This document shows positions 1-14,146 of a stretch of DNA of 64,000 nt, one piece after another. The notes under the pieces are model-generated. The model did not search any database and was not told the origin of the DNA. It saw only the letters and a list, made by a program, of their open reading frames with translations. Every line of letters begins with the position of its first letter. The first letter of the stretch is position 1. The DNA comes from Nageia nagi (lineage: Eukaryota > Plantae > Pinophyta). Position numbers and translations under genes: made by a program. The DNA is taken from assembly GCA_050084985.1 (NCBI GenBank), contig JBITNC010000001.1:86490001-86554000 (forward strand), read 5' to 3'.

Positions 1-3000
1 ACTTAAATGATGATCCAAATCATCTTAAGATTGTTCAACTAGGAAAGTCACTCACTAAAGATGAGAAACAAGAATTCACATCTATACTCAAAGACAACAA
101 ATATTTGCATGTTCATACATTGATATGTCAAGATTAAATCCTAAAGTGGTGGTACATAACTTGGATACTAAAGAAGATGTTAAACTAATTAAATAAAAAT
201 TATGCAAGATGCATCCAACCATAGCACTAATGGTGAAAGAAGAGTTACTAAAACTTTTAGAAGCCAAGTTCATCCATCCCATTGATTATTGTAATTGGAT
301 TTCCAACATGGTACCAGTGAAAAAGTCCAATTGAAATATTCACATATGCATAGATTTTAGATATTTAAACAAAGCTTATCCTAATGATGATTTCCCATTA
401 CCTAACATATATAATTTGGTTGAATCTACCATTGGACATGAAATGTTATCTCTTATGGATGGTTTTTTCAAGGTACAACCAAATAAAAGTAACACTTGAA
501 GATCAACATAAAACAACATTCACAATGCCTTAGGGGATATTTTGTTATAAGGTAATGCCCTTTGGACTAAAGAATGCAGGAGTTACTTACCAAAGAGCAA
601 TGATGTACATTTTCCATGACTACATCTATGACATTATAGAAGATTATGTGGATGATGTATTAGCTAAATCTAAAATTTGAGAAGACCATCCAAAGGTACT
701 TATCAAAATATTTGATACATTGTTGGAGCATAATATTTGATTAAACCCTAAGAAATGCATTTTTGGGGTTACTTCAAGAAAATTATTAGGATTTATTATT
801 TCTAGGTGAGGAATTGAAGTAGATATTAATAAGATAAAAGCGATAGTGAATATGTCACCCCCTTTGAATATAAAATAATTACAAATTTTATAAGATAATT
901 TGCAAGCTGTAAGGCAATTTATTTCATAATTATTTGATAAGTGTAAAACATTCAATATATTGTTAAAAAGGGGGATTACATTCCATTAGGGAAGTGAACA
1001 ATGAGAAGCATTTGGTGAAATAAAATTCTATCTTTTATCACCTTAGTTTGAGTCCCACCAAAGGAAGGGGAACTATTCTTACTCTACACATTAGCTATAG
1101 ATTCACTATTAGAAACTATGCTTGCTCAAAAAAATGAAAATAAAAAAGAACAAGTTATTTACTATTTTAGTCAAATGTTAGTTGGTTACAAAATTATGTA
1201 TACCTAGAAACATTATTTTAGCTATGGTTTTCATAACTAAGAAGTTGATATATTACATGCTAAATCATACCATGTATGTAATTGCTAAAGCAAATCCATT
1301 GAAATACATGATGAATAAAACTTACCAAAAGAAAAGGAAATATAAATAGATTATGAATTTGACTAAATTTGACTTGCAATTCATAAATCAAAAATCGATC
1401 AAAGGTCAAGTCATACTTGATTATCTTGTGGAAGCACCTTTATACAATGATAAACCACTCATCATTGAATTACTAGATAGACATGTTTTTCTATTAGATG
1501 AGATAGAAATTCCCACTAATATTGAAAAATATTAGGATATGGTAATATATTTTGATAAATCAAGATGTGAAAAAAGTGGAGGTGTAGGTGTTGGGTTTGT
1601 TATACCTTAGGGGGTCCCCATACCTTATTCCTTCGAACTTAATTTTCCATGCACAAACAATAACACTGAGTATGAAGCTTTGATATTAGCCATAAAGATA
1701 GTTGTAAAATTAAAACTAAAAAGATTCAAATTAATTAGTGATTTGTTATTGATCATAAATTTGGTTAAAGGTATTTTTTAATGTAAAGAACCTTTACTAT
1801 AGAAGTATAGAAAATTGATGGATAATTTGTTACAATTATTTGAAAAAGTATGCTTTAGAAGAAGCACCAAGATTAACCAATAGATTTGTTGATGTTATGG
1901 CCTCAATCGAATCCTTAATACCTAAAAAGCACATCAACAAACCATTCACATTGAAATAGTCCAAATTACTCAATCCTTTTACAAAATTAATAGGGTAAAA
2001 CATGCGATTAGTGATATTACAATGGAAGATAAAACTTTATGGCATATCAAACTAGTGAAATTCCTAAGAGATTGGATTTTACCTATTAATTTAATGAAAT
2101 TGGTTAGGAAAGAATTTAAATTAAAAGATTCTCATTTTTATATGCTAGGGGATGTCCTATATCAAAGGTTTTGATGGGATATTACTTAGATGTTTAGAAT
2201 GGGTGAATTCATAAATCATAATCTCATGTTCACATGATGGAATATGCAACGGGCATTTTAATGGTCCTATAATAACAAAATGATTAATGGATATGGGATG
2301 TTATTGAACATCTATGGAAAATGATTTCATGGAATATGTTAAAATATGTGTTAAATGCTAATGACATTCCAATTTGTTTAATCAACCATCATAAGCACTA
2401 CAACCCATACAATCATTATGGCCATTTTGGAGATGGGTATTGGATTTGATAGGTCAAATATCCCCTATTTTATTAGAAGGTCATAAATTTATAGTAATAT
2501 TGCTTCACAAAATGGGTTGAATATATTCCTATTATTTCAACAAAAGGACCAAAGATAACAAAATTTATAAATTATCATATCATTTGTCATTTTGGAATTT
2601 CTACCCAGATTATCATAGATAACTGAAAGAATTTCAAAAATAAAGAAGTATTAGCTTAATCTAAAGGATATCATATTCAAATTAGTTTTTCAACACCCTA
2701 TTACCCCAGGTGAATGAAAAATTTGAACCTACAAACAAAAGTATTCATATTTTTCTACTCAAAATAATTGATAAATCTCATAGAGATTGGCATGCAAGGA
2801 TTCCCCATGCCTTATGGGCTTATCACACTAGCATTCAAACTTCCACTAGGGTAACCCCATTTTCTTTAGTATATGGGGTAGAAGCAGTTCTACCCTTAGA
2901 AATTAAAATCATGTCTTTACAAATTGCTTTATAATATTATATCACAAAAGAAGCACCTCATAAAATGTGACTAGACCAATTATTGATCCTAGATGAAAGA

Positions 3001-3210
3001 AGAGTTAATTCTTCAGAACACATGCCTATCAAAATTGCATTAAATAAGCTTTTGATAAAATGGTATTCATGATAAATTTTCCCCTAACTAGTTAGGACCT
3101 TACATAGTTAAGAGAAATTTTGATTTAGGAGGGTATCACTTAGCTGAATTTGAAGGTAATGAAAAGCATGAGCTAATAAATATCATGCATTTTTATCCCT
3201 TTTATAGTTG
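1..3210 (+). mobile_element. Decayed pol of a Tat/Ogre-type Ty3/Gypsy LTR retrotransposon (RT - RNase H - archaeal-type RNase H - integrase), many stops and frameshifts
   Basis: Manual translation gives RT DDFPLPNI (~385-408), VMPFGLKNAG (~552-581) and YVDD (~645-657). Second RNase H gives YFDKS...GGVGV (~1547-1590) and CTNNNTEYEALI (~1650-1685). Integrase gives PFWRWVLDLIG (~2422-2454) and DWHARIPHALWAYHTS...TPFSLVYGVEAVLPLE (ORF 2710-2934). An extra RNase H between RH and INT is diagnostic of Tat/Ogre. Confidence 0.93.
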
Positions 3211-6200
3211 AAATTAGTTTTATTTATTTATGTATATATATTGTAAATATTTAGATAAAAAAAAAGTAAAAGCTTTAAAATGAATTAATAAAAAAAAATG
3301 AATTTAATAGACGGAAACTGAAAGGATGAAGAGTGTTCGTGTGCTACTAGAAACAAAAGGAATAAAGCAAGCATTTTGGTTTGAGAAGTCTAGATATTTA
3401 GGAGATAAAACCATATCCAAACTCACAAAATTCAATTTCCAAGTAGAATAGAATATTTTTCAATTAATGATAAATATATAAAGGAATGTAGCCTTGAGGC
3501 ATTATCTAGATACATTTGATGGTTGGAAAATATGTGTTAATGGAGAAAATATTTAAATTTACATATATAGGACCATGTATTTCTAAGGTTATTATCATTA
3601 TTATGAGAAAGTGAAAAAAATAAATTTATTATACTTGTATTGACCTACTGCAATGCCCAAACTCATACTTGAATGCACTTTTAATGATTATGTTTTAAAT
3701 GTTGTGTATCAAGATCCATAGAGCTTACATCCAATCATGACTTGGATGAATCAGCTTGTAGAAGACTTGTGTCATCAAAAGTTAATATATGATTTTTCTT
3801 ATTCGTTTGTGGCCAAACCTAGAAAAAAAAAGAGTTAAAATAAATATAAATAAATAATGTTTTTGACTAAAATCAATATTTAGCTCACCTTCATCTTGTG
3901 ACCATGACTAAAAAATAATAATAACCACAAGATTAGAAGTCCCTAAACAAGTATATTTACATTTTGACTACATTGGGAAAAATTTCATGGATAGATATAA
4001 AAGAGATGTATACATGCAATTACTTCAAAAAAATCCTTCCACAGTTATGGAATATTTTCTTGATTTACTCAAAGAAGTGCAATTGGAAATAGCCATGAAA
4101 TATTTTGAAATTTGTACATCAAATGCATGGGAAGTAAAAATAAATAGTTTAAAGGTTAAAATTGAAATAAAGGCATAAGAAATGTGGATGGAATAAGAAT
4201 TTGAAATGAGTTCATTACAATAGTTCCATTTTAATTAGCCCTATGATAAACCCAAAATTGTGATAGATTGCATTCAAGATATTCATATCAAATTTAAGGG
4301 ATGCCCTCTTGTTTTGAATTTAGTTATTTTTGATCAAGTATTTTCATCCTTTATACCATACTTTCCAAGAATGAAATTATATATGATTATAGTTCATTTT
4401 TTAGTAATAATTATTATGTGAACAATCCTTTAAACATTAAAGCATGATTTGAACAAATTAGTAAACATCTAGATAATAGAAAACAAATTCAAAATGTTGA
4501 ATAGGAACATTATTCCAACATCATTAATAATAGAATTTTTGATGTTTTTGTAAGGATCCTCATTTCATATTTTCCATCTTGGAATCCTCCATTACTATCA
4601 ACTTCACCACCTCTTGTTTCACTACATCCTACATACATGCCTTCTTTTTTTATTCTTCTTAAGGTACATACTAAAATGAATCATCAAGAAATTTAAACAA
4701 AAACCTAAACTACCAATCCCACCACTCATTTCATATCCCATTTGTTCCCAAACATATAATCTAGTACAAGGTCCTATTTACCTTCAATTAAGGCCTCCTT
4801 ACTATTACTTTTTAGATCATGGATGTTGGGTTATTCATAGGAAAACTATTTATGAACATCATTCAAAATATTGTGAATCACTTTCCATTATAAAAAACTA
4901 TAAAAAATATTATAAACATGAAATAGCACAAAAAATAATAAAAATATAAAATAAACATAAAAAAATAAAAGTATGTGACTTTTACATATGTGTGTGTTGT
5001 ATATATATTGTTTGATCTTTGAATATTAATTATCTACATGCAAATAAAATCTTTATATATGTTGTGTCTTTACAAAACCTTATGTAATTTTTGAAATGTA
5101 CATGTAATGATTGTAGGTGGCTGATTGCATTCCAAACACAAACATCATGAGTCATCCTCATTATGTTTTGGAACCTACCAATCAAGAGGTAGCCTATACA
5201 TATAATATTCCACCTACTCCTTGGAATTATCTTCCTTGTACATCCTACATTCACTGTGTACATTCCCAAGTGACCATGTAGAGAGTTAAGTCCTATCATT
5301 AGATGTAGATACAAAATATTTTTTTTATTTACCTATTGGTGTGCAATATAAGATTTTGTCTATGAAAACATTGTCAAGTTTATTGGATAGATATGATCAC
5401 ACTTACAACATTCTAAAAGATTCCTTTTGGGTGAGCTTGTATATTGATGATGGACCATGCTGGGGAACTTTGCATGATTCATGACATACTTGATGAAGAG
5501 TTTCTTTAAAACCTCATTTTCCTACTTTGTATACCAAATTTCATATGGAGATTTATGATTAATTTCCCATGTCAATCCATTTATTTGCAAACTCATTCAA
5601 TTTTATGGACCATCATCCTTGCATCCTCAAGAGTCTTTTGACAAAATCACCATTACCCATATAATATTTTAAATATATCTTATTGGAAATTCATATTTTC
5701 TATGTCTATCACTCATCATGCTACACATTGGACTATTTACAATACTATTCATACTCATTATCATTTTCATCACATCTCCCATAGTGATCTACTACCAACC
5801 CTCACTTGACTTGGAATCCATTATGTACAAGTAGAAAATGAATTAAAATCAAAAAATTATTATAAAAACTAAAAACTTATTATATATCTACCTTGGCTAT
5901 TGTGTGCACTACCCTATGTGTTCACATCATAACATTGTGTTCATTTTGTTCACTAAATCCATCAATGTAAAACTATTAAGTGTTAAACAAGATGATCATT
6001 GTAATCTACAAAGATATATATATATACATATTATATATCCATCAATATGTCACTCATGTATATAGTTGTACATATAAATAAAGGAGTATTTTATGGGTAT
6101 ATAATATTCATATGCTATTTTATAAAAACATCTTTCATAAGGTTTCTAAAACTTGGGATGATAAACAAACATAACTGTGATACATTGTCAGGATATTATG

Positions 6201-7414
6201 AACTCATAGACTTTTACATATTCTAAATCTTGAAATAATAAAAAATTTGACATTCCTTGAGCATAATTTTGAGCGATCATTCATCCTATTATTTTGATAC
6301 ATCTTGAACCCAAGGTAAAATTTTTAGGTGATTATGATATCCTCTATTTGGGCTATGCGTACCTCACTAGAAATAGAGCAAGGTTGTAATGAGATCTAGG
6401 GGTTACTCTTCATTGGGAGTATGAATGATTATCTAGTAGTGAGGTATACCTTACAAAGAGGTGACATTTCCATCCTTTGAGATATACCTCTAGATGTTTT
6501 ACATGGATGAATCAACTTATATATTTCATGCTCTTAAAACATTAAATTGGTGGGCATCAAGAGAAGAAAATAAATAACATTGCACACAAGTGAGTTCATA
6601 GTAAACTTAAGTGTATCATAACTTCATTTTACATAATCCTTAATATATGAAATTGAAACAAAATATTATTTTATGAAATTAGTGTGAATATACTATTTAT
6701 TACACTACTTTCTTATATTATACATTCATTTCATTCCATAATACATATATATCATTATTATTATAATCTTGGTCATAAACTAAATTGTTATGTTTGACAT
6801 TAAAATAGTTATACTATCCATCTATGTTCACGTATCCATCTATATATGTCCATAATACTATACATTCATACATTTATCCATTTATGTATTCATACCATTT
6901 TACCTACATTATCCCATATGTACAAATAGCCAAGAAAAATAGAAAATGATGATATATGATTCCTTACTATTATAAATAAAATATTGACCAAAATATAACA
7001 AGTAATGATAATGATCTATAACAAATTAAATTATCACATAATATTAGAACCATTCATTTATCAAAATATTAAATATCATACAACTCAATGTAAATTAACA
7101 TCAATAATCCATCAAAATATTAAAATTAAATGTAAATCCTAGAATTGTCATTCATAAAATAACACATGATAATATCTAATAAAAACTAATCAAAACATGA
7201 GTATAAACATAAGTATCCAAAATATCATCACATGTATATATATATATATAATAATAAGTTTCCATTACCTAAGCATCCATACCATCCTAATCATGGTTAC
7301 CATGATCCAAAAAATGAATATGATATAATCATCCATTAATGAATATAGTTTTATATCATCATATCATAACTAATAATAAAATAACATAACAAAAATATAT
7401 TATTGGTTAATACT

Positions 7415-9350
7415 TTAAGGCATACTCATACTCATTTCCCTCACCACCACCCTAACCAATGGTCTCGCTAATCTCCTAACCTCTCTAAAGTGATGGGCTA
7501 CCAATAATCCTCTCTTGCCTAGCATACCAAATCTTTGAATACCTTGATTGATGATGATATGAGGAAGTAGTAGCACTCCTACCAATGGATATTTCATCCT
7601 TGCCTCTACTCAATCTTGCATTAATACCCTTTTGTGCCTCACTAGTTGTTGCTTCTTGAAGGGCACTAATATCCAAAGGAACATAACCTAAAGGAGGTAA
7701 TAGATACTTTAAACTGGTACCAAAATTAGGAAAACCTAATAGCCATGTGTCCACCACCCCATAGTAATAGTCCCTCTATCTACAAATGTCCCTAACAAAG
7801 GTATAAGACTATCTCTCTATGCCAACCATGATGCCTTCAGCTCTTTCTTGCTACTACTACAAAGACTACACCATAGCCTATGCCCTATCTCTCTTGGCTC
7901 TATATCTCAAACTATCCTCATATGAATATTTGATTTCATGAAGCTATGCATGTAAAGACTCATTATCCTAATAAGATTGGTCAAGTAATGATCATGATTG
8001 ACCAAGTAAGAACTTGAGTTCTTTGATATATCCTAGTAATGAGTCATGACTATGAATCTCATGAGCTGGTCCATCCTCTCTAAGACCTCCCTCCTTAGTT
8101 GGAAACTCCATTTTAGGTTGGTCCTCTATAGAATCCACCCTAATGTCCTACTCCCCCTTTATACTAGGATGCATACCAGCATCCTCTATATGTTACTCAC
8201 CCAATGACCCTGGTCACCCTCATTGATCTCCTCCATATTAGCCTACTATAAGGTAGTAAAAATCTCTATAAATTTGATATCATCTACATAAAAATCCTCA
8301 TTTGCAGTCTCCTCCACCTCAATATTAGGCTCTATGTATATTAAGGGCTCAATACCCTCTGCTAGAAGAGTACCCTCTCGCTAAAATCTAATAAGCTCTA
8401 CCAAAATATCTTGCACAAGCCCAAACTACCATCTAACATGATCAAACTATAAGTACTCCAAAAAATTAGTCTACCAACCATTAAGAGCCCTTACTTATCT
8501 ACTATCTTTTAGCCCATCCTCTAGCTCATCCCATACTAGATATAGATGATATGGCCAAAACCTAACATGGTCAAGAATGAGCTGATTCAACATGTCATGA
8601 TAGAACATAACATCACTACAAAATCCATTAGTGGTACAATTGTAGAAATACTCCATCCATTACATGATCCTTGGAGGATACTTTGAATGAGAGGTAAAAC
8701 TACGAATAAGATGTTCATCAAGGCATTCCATAGTGATATGCTCATATTCCCATGCCTATAGATTAATAATAACTATCGATGAGGTTTTATGACCCTAAGA
8801 GTAAAAGAATAGCTCCCTATAGTAGTTAAATCCCAAGCAAAAGATGGTGCCATGTTGCATCATGTCTGCTACCATTAGGAGTAGTGACCAAGGAAACTTG
8901 CCATTGCCAGTATTAGGTATGGCATAATAGTAAATGTATAACATAAAAATAAGAACTTGATGCTCTCCAACTAATCTTCATGCTAATACTATAGATATAT
9001 GATCTCACCTGAGCTAATCTCAAACATGATCATATCAACTTGATCTACCATGTATAAATAGGAAATGGTGGGTCTAATATCATCTGAATCAACATGTGGG
9101 TCTAATATCATATATACAATGGATCTCCTTCACGGTAATCATCATATCCCTTATTAAGAGATAGAAATTAGATGTGGTGGAATCCTATCTCTTGAGAAAA
9201 GTTTCTATGAGAGGGTAATCCTAGTGATTATGATCCATGTAGGGTCCAACACCAAAACCCACACTTCAAACAAATGTGTGGTCCAAGGACGTAAGAAAAG
9301 TGTGATCCTCCTTAAGGATTTTAGGGTAGCGATCCTTAGGGTCAAACATA
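7415..9350 (-). pseudogene. Decayed antisense ORF encoding a plant mobile domain (aminotransferase-like PMD) inside the Tat element
   Basis: Minus-strand motifs in canonical PMD order: SFAWD (~8829-8845), L*AWEYEHI (~8737-8763), FYHDMLNQLILDHVRFWPY (~8549-8606), EYL*FDHVRW*FGLVQDI (~8405-8458). A low-complexity C-terminal tail follows (ORFs 7485-7757, 7415-7597). Outer limits are approximate. Confidence 0.8.
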
Positions 9351-10164
9351 GTTGAAACCTATAATGTAAAATTAACTAAGTCAAAAAATAATTTAACATT
9401 GAGACCAAATGCTAATGACCCAAAGGGTAGCTCGTTAAGTCATCAATGTATGTTGGGTAAATGTTAGTGAATTTGAAATCCTTCAACCTAGGCTAGAGAC
9501 CATGACCAAAGCACCCAAAAAAGGGAAAAACATGAAAAAATGCAACAAAATGGAAAATATAATAGTTAAAAATGATCTAAATGCTAAAATAAATGCTCCT
9601 ACAAATTTTCTTTTTCAATATAGACCCTAAAAATAACAAATTTGATAAAAAAAATAAAAAAAGGATTTTAAAACCCTTCCTTCTCTCTAATTGGTCATCT
9701 TTGAACAACTGGTCTCCTCCTCGATGGCATATTGGCTCACAGGGTATGACAAAGCAAGAAAATATGTGTCCCATAATGGAAAGGGTGACAAGTAAACCAA
9801 ATATCTAAAAATAGGAAAAAAATAAGAAAATGACAAGTCACTTTATCTTTTTATCTTAACTACAACTTGGAATGTGAGTTATTTTACATTGAAAGCTAGC
9901 AATGTCCATGGAACATTGATGATTAGAACAAGTCATTGGTGACCCATTACATTGTAAAAATATGTAAAAATAAAAAATAAATAAATAAAGGGAATAATAT
10001 ATAAAATATTAACCCCTTATTTTGGTTTTTAATCAAGAAAAAAACCATAAAACATATCAAAAAATAAACAAGACCCCTACTTGTCAAAATAACCTAAGTC
10101 ACATGTTTAAACAAATTGCATTTCATGAATAGTTCAAAATTCAAAAATCAAACATGATTAACAA

Positions 10165-11455
10165 ATGTGATATGACCTTCTAAGTAAGATCATCATGTAC
10201 CTTAGTTGTTAGGATGGAAGCTAGCAAAATCAAACCAACCATATATACAAAACTCATAATTTATCTCATAGTAGCTTTGGTATACATTCGATGATATAGA
10301 GACTCATCATGTACCTACCACAAATAGCACATAGTAGATAGATACAAGCATCATTTTGATATATACAACAATGGTTTATAAAATATGATAAAGCATAAAA
10401 GTGACTAGAACATGAGTTGATCATGATTTGACCAATCCAATTTGACTTATTCATAAATATTAGCTCAACTTTAAACATCGACCAAGCATCAACATAAGTT
10501 AGGGGACTTAAATCAAAATCCCACCTTAAAAAAAATCAGCATCAATGAAAATCACAAAACATTGATGACCAACAAATTGAAAAGTACATAAAAAACTTAA
10601 TACCTCATTCTAGTTAGGTTTAGCTTAGGTTCAAAATTAAAAAAAAAAAAACATCTAAATACTTGATCCCTATTTCTAGTTAGGTTTAACTTAGGTCCAA
10701 AACAAAAGTGTATAAATACTTAATCCCCTTTTATAGTTTAGGTTTAGCTTAGATCTATAGAAACAAATACAAGAAATATTTAAACCCTTCTTTTTGTATA
10801 GGAATCTGGATGAAAAAATATGCACCTTGGGTCCCTTGTGAGGTAACATTAAAAAGGCTATCATTAAATGCCTCATACCGTAGGCTAAAAGAAAGAGTAA
10901 AAAAAAATAAAAATAAAAACCTAAAAAATTGAAAATATGTCAAATACAAAATGAAACAAGTCGCTTAATTATTGATTTGACCAAGGTTAAGTGTTTTGGA
11001 AAACTAAAACCTATGGGTAATTCTAAATTTGAAAAATGACCCTTCTCTTAATAGATAAAAGATGGATGAGGTTGGATATGACTAAAAACATTATATGAAC
11101 TTTTGCATAAGATCATCATATAATCTAACTACTAAGATGAATAATAGAATGATTAAAGTAATTGTATTCCTAGTGTAACTTCTTTATCACATGCTAGCTT
11201 TGGCATACAATTGATGAAATAAAGATTTGTCACATACCTACCATAAACAACACATAGTATAGTGATACCGATAAGTTTCTCTTTGATAATAAAACCATGC
11301 TACTTTCAAAATACATCAAACATAAAAGATCAAAAAATGAATTTAATCATAATTCAATCAATCAAATTTGGTTTATTCATAAGGAATAGGTTAATCCAAA
11401 ATATTGACTAAATTCAAGAATACAAGTTAAGAAACTTGAAAGCACCCACCTTCAG
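10165..11455 (+). repeat. Two diverged direct copies of a ~360 bp unit (~10165-10530 and ~11090-11455) in the Tat 3' region, with a short ~65 bp x3 tandem (10608-10755) between them
   Basis: For example gctttggtatacattcgatga...cctaccacaaatagcacatagta versus gctttggcatacaattgatga...cctaccataaacaacacatagta; tagttaggtttagcttag recurs three times. Confidence 0.7.
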
Positions 11456-11517
11456 AAAGGCAAGTTTTTGAATTATTCTTCACTTAAAAACTAGTGGATA
11501 ATTCAAAAAAGGGAAAA

Positions 11518-12349
11518 TGTAGACACCCAAAAATTAGCCTTCTTTCGACATATGAAAGAAGATGAAAAAATTCAAGTAAAATTAAAAATTTTAGTATGCC
11601 AAATGCCAATATGCAACTCTAGTTGTTGGTGACTCAATATAGACACCAGAGTTTGATACGTAGATGCCAACAATTCTATTTTTGGAAAAAATAAAATAAA
11701 AATAGTAACTCCTAAAGTGTCTTGGGAATAAAGTAAGGTATAATAGATAACTCATCTTCCATCTTGCACATCCCAACTTTGGATAACAACCATGACAAAG
11801 TTGTATAGGCTTTTCTATTTTGATTTTTGTCTCAAAATTGAAAACTTTGCTTATTTCTGAAATCTATAAATAAAACCTTCTACAATGGAGCAAGGGATCC
11901 AATTTGAATTCAGGGTTACTCTATCAAAACATAGATAAATTTTACTGAGTTAGATGCATTATTATTCTACATTTTACATCCTTATTTATGTTCAATTTTA
12001 TGCTTATTTTATGATATGAGAAGGTATGTTTCATGTTTTTTCTATTCATATGTGTGAAAGGTATATAGGTACAAAGTAGCTAAATTTATAAAAGAAAGTT
12101 AGACAAAATTAGAGGAGAGAGATCTAGATTCTTTTGCAGGTTTCACAAGATAGTGTTTGAAGCTTATAGATACTAAAACATAGGCCTATGAAGGCCTAAA
12201 CATTATTTTGAAAAAATCTCTTTTGTAAGGAAATGAATCAAAATAGATTCATCATTTGTATCATTGAGGTCTACTCAAGAGTAATAAAGAAAAATATTGG
12301 TTGTAACATATATTATCTTATTTTTTAACATGGTTACTTTTTTAGTACA
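11518..12349 (+). mobile_element. Putative Tat-type 3' LTR preceded by a PPT
   Basis: Purine tract aaaaaagggaaaa (11505-11517) followed by TGTAGACACCCAAAAATT. The right end (...tagtaCA) is tentative. Confidence 0.55.
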
Positions 12350-13150
12350 ATGATTCCCACTCGAAGGGGATGTAATCACTCATCTCTCTCATAATGATGA
12401 TATTGGTATCTCATTAGGTGACCCCATAAGTGTGACCAATTTTTTACAAAATTAGCATGTTCATATTGCATTTATTTTTGTTTTATTTTGATCAATTTAC
12501 TATATTTATAATCTATCATTTAGCATGGCATTTTTTTAGGCATTGCATGCTTGCATGTTATGATTGAACACTTGCGTTTGCAAGCTTATGCTTGATTTTT
12601 TTGACATGACTATGTTTCTATCATTTTACTCTTCAATTGTTGAGGTAAAGCAAAATCCTTTTACTCTTCAACTACTAGGGAAAATTAGAATAATTTTACC
12701 CTTTGAATGGTAAGGAAAAATAGGATCATTCACCCTTCAACTTCTATGGTAAAGTAGAAATTATTTAGTTTTGTTTCTTAGTTGTATAATATGCTTTTTA
12801 GGTTCTATTTTATGATTACTTACTTTTCATATTTATCACATATTATCTTCTTGAGTACTGACTAGTTACAACATGATAGTGTTGGTACTGCAAGGTGTTA
12901 TGGCCATAGGTACTTCTTGATACGATTGTATCATTTGTATTATAGTTCATTGTGTAAAGGTGCAGACTGGTTATGGTATGAAAGTGTTGGCATTGCAAGG
13001 TGTTATAGCTATATGTAACTTCATCATGATGATGTTATTCCTATCACCATCAACATAATATCACACACACCATATATATATTTTTATAGCATTTCACTTG
13101 TCCCAAAATCTTATTTTGCATATCATGAAAACTACCATAAAAGGGGCATC

Positions 13151-14146
13151 TGTAGACACCTAAAAATTATTCATTCACCTAGCTTGGATGATTTGTGATG
13201 ATTTAATCTATCTTGTAGCTTATCATGGTCCTATCAAATTTTCATCCCATTTTGATTGCATTTACATAGTCAATTTTGGTAACTTAGCCTCTTTGTTATC
13301 ATTTTAACAACCTTAACCCTAACTGACCTATTGGTTAGGATATCGATCAACTGGTTAGGTTAAACCCTAACCATCCCACTAGATAGGCATTATAATATAA
13401 AAACTAATTCCAAATTAGTTTTCCCTCCTAGCCAATCACTTTTCTCAAAATATATTCATTAGGTCCTTTTTTCTTACACATTGCTACTGCATACTCAAAC
13501 TTTTCATCCACTTACCTTCCATTTTAGAGTTTAATCCATCATTTCCTAGGAATAAAAAAGGTGATAATTATCTTCATATTACAAGGGAATATTATGTAAC
13601 TCTTATAGATTTGGATTTTATGTTACTAATCATTGTTTTAAGTGTTTTTTTAGGTTTAAGAGTATATCCAAGATTACTTAATCATATATACTTTTGTTTT
13701 ATTACTAATATATTAATGCATGGTTGCATATTAGTTTTTATATGCTTGTCTCTTATAGAATTAGGATATAATATGTTATTTTATTGTTAACCTTAACTAG
13801 ATCATTTTAGGTTTATTTTATCTTGCATATTATACATCATGATATTTTCTATTTCCTTATTGATTCAAGGCTTGGAGGTTTACAAGCCATATAGCTATCT
13901 TTGCTCAGTTCTAGGGTCTCAAGGACCTAGAACCTAGAAACCTCCTTTTGTCTATTATTTTGCAAGCTATTTGAAGCCTTGGGTATTGCATAAAAAGGGT
14001 AAATTATTAAACCCTATATTTATTTCATTTTATCATCATTATCTAATCATATTTCAAGCAACATTTTAAATATTATAGCATGGGTATTCCAAAAGGGAGA
14101 GGCCCTAGGTGCATGGTATCCTAGTTGCTCTTTTAGGGACCCTACA
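13151..14146 (+). mobile_element. Tat-type LTR (~1 kb) preceded by a PPT
   Basis: PPT aaaaggggcatc then TGTAGACACCTAAAAA; ends ttttagggacccTACA, an imperfect terminal inverted repeat. Confidence 0.7.

Noticed and set aside
88-955. Minus-strand ORFs 88-282 and 644-955
   Set aside because: Antisense shadows of the decayed Tat RT.
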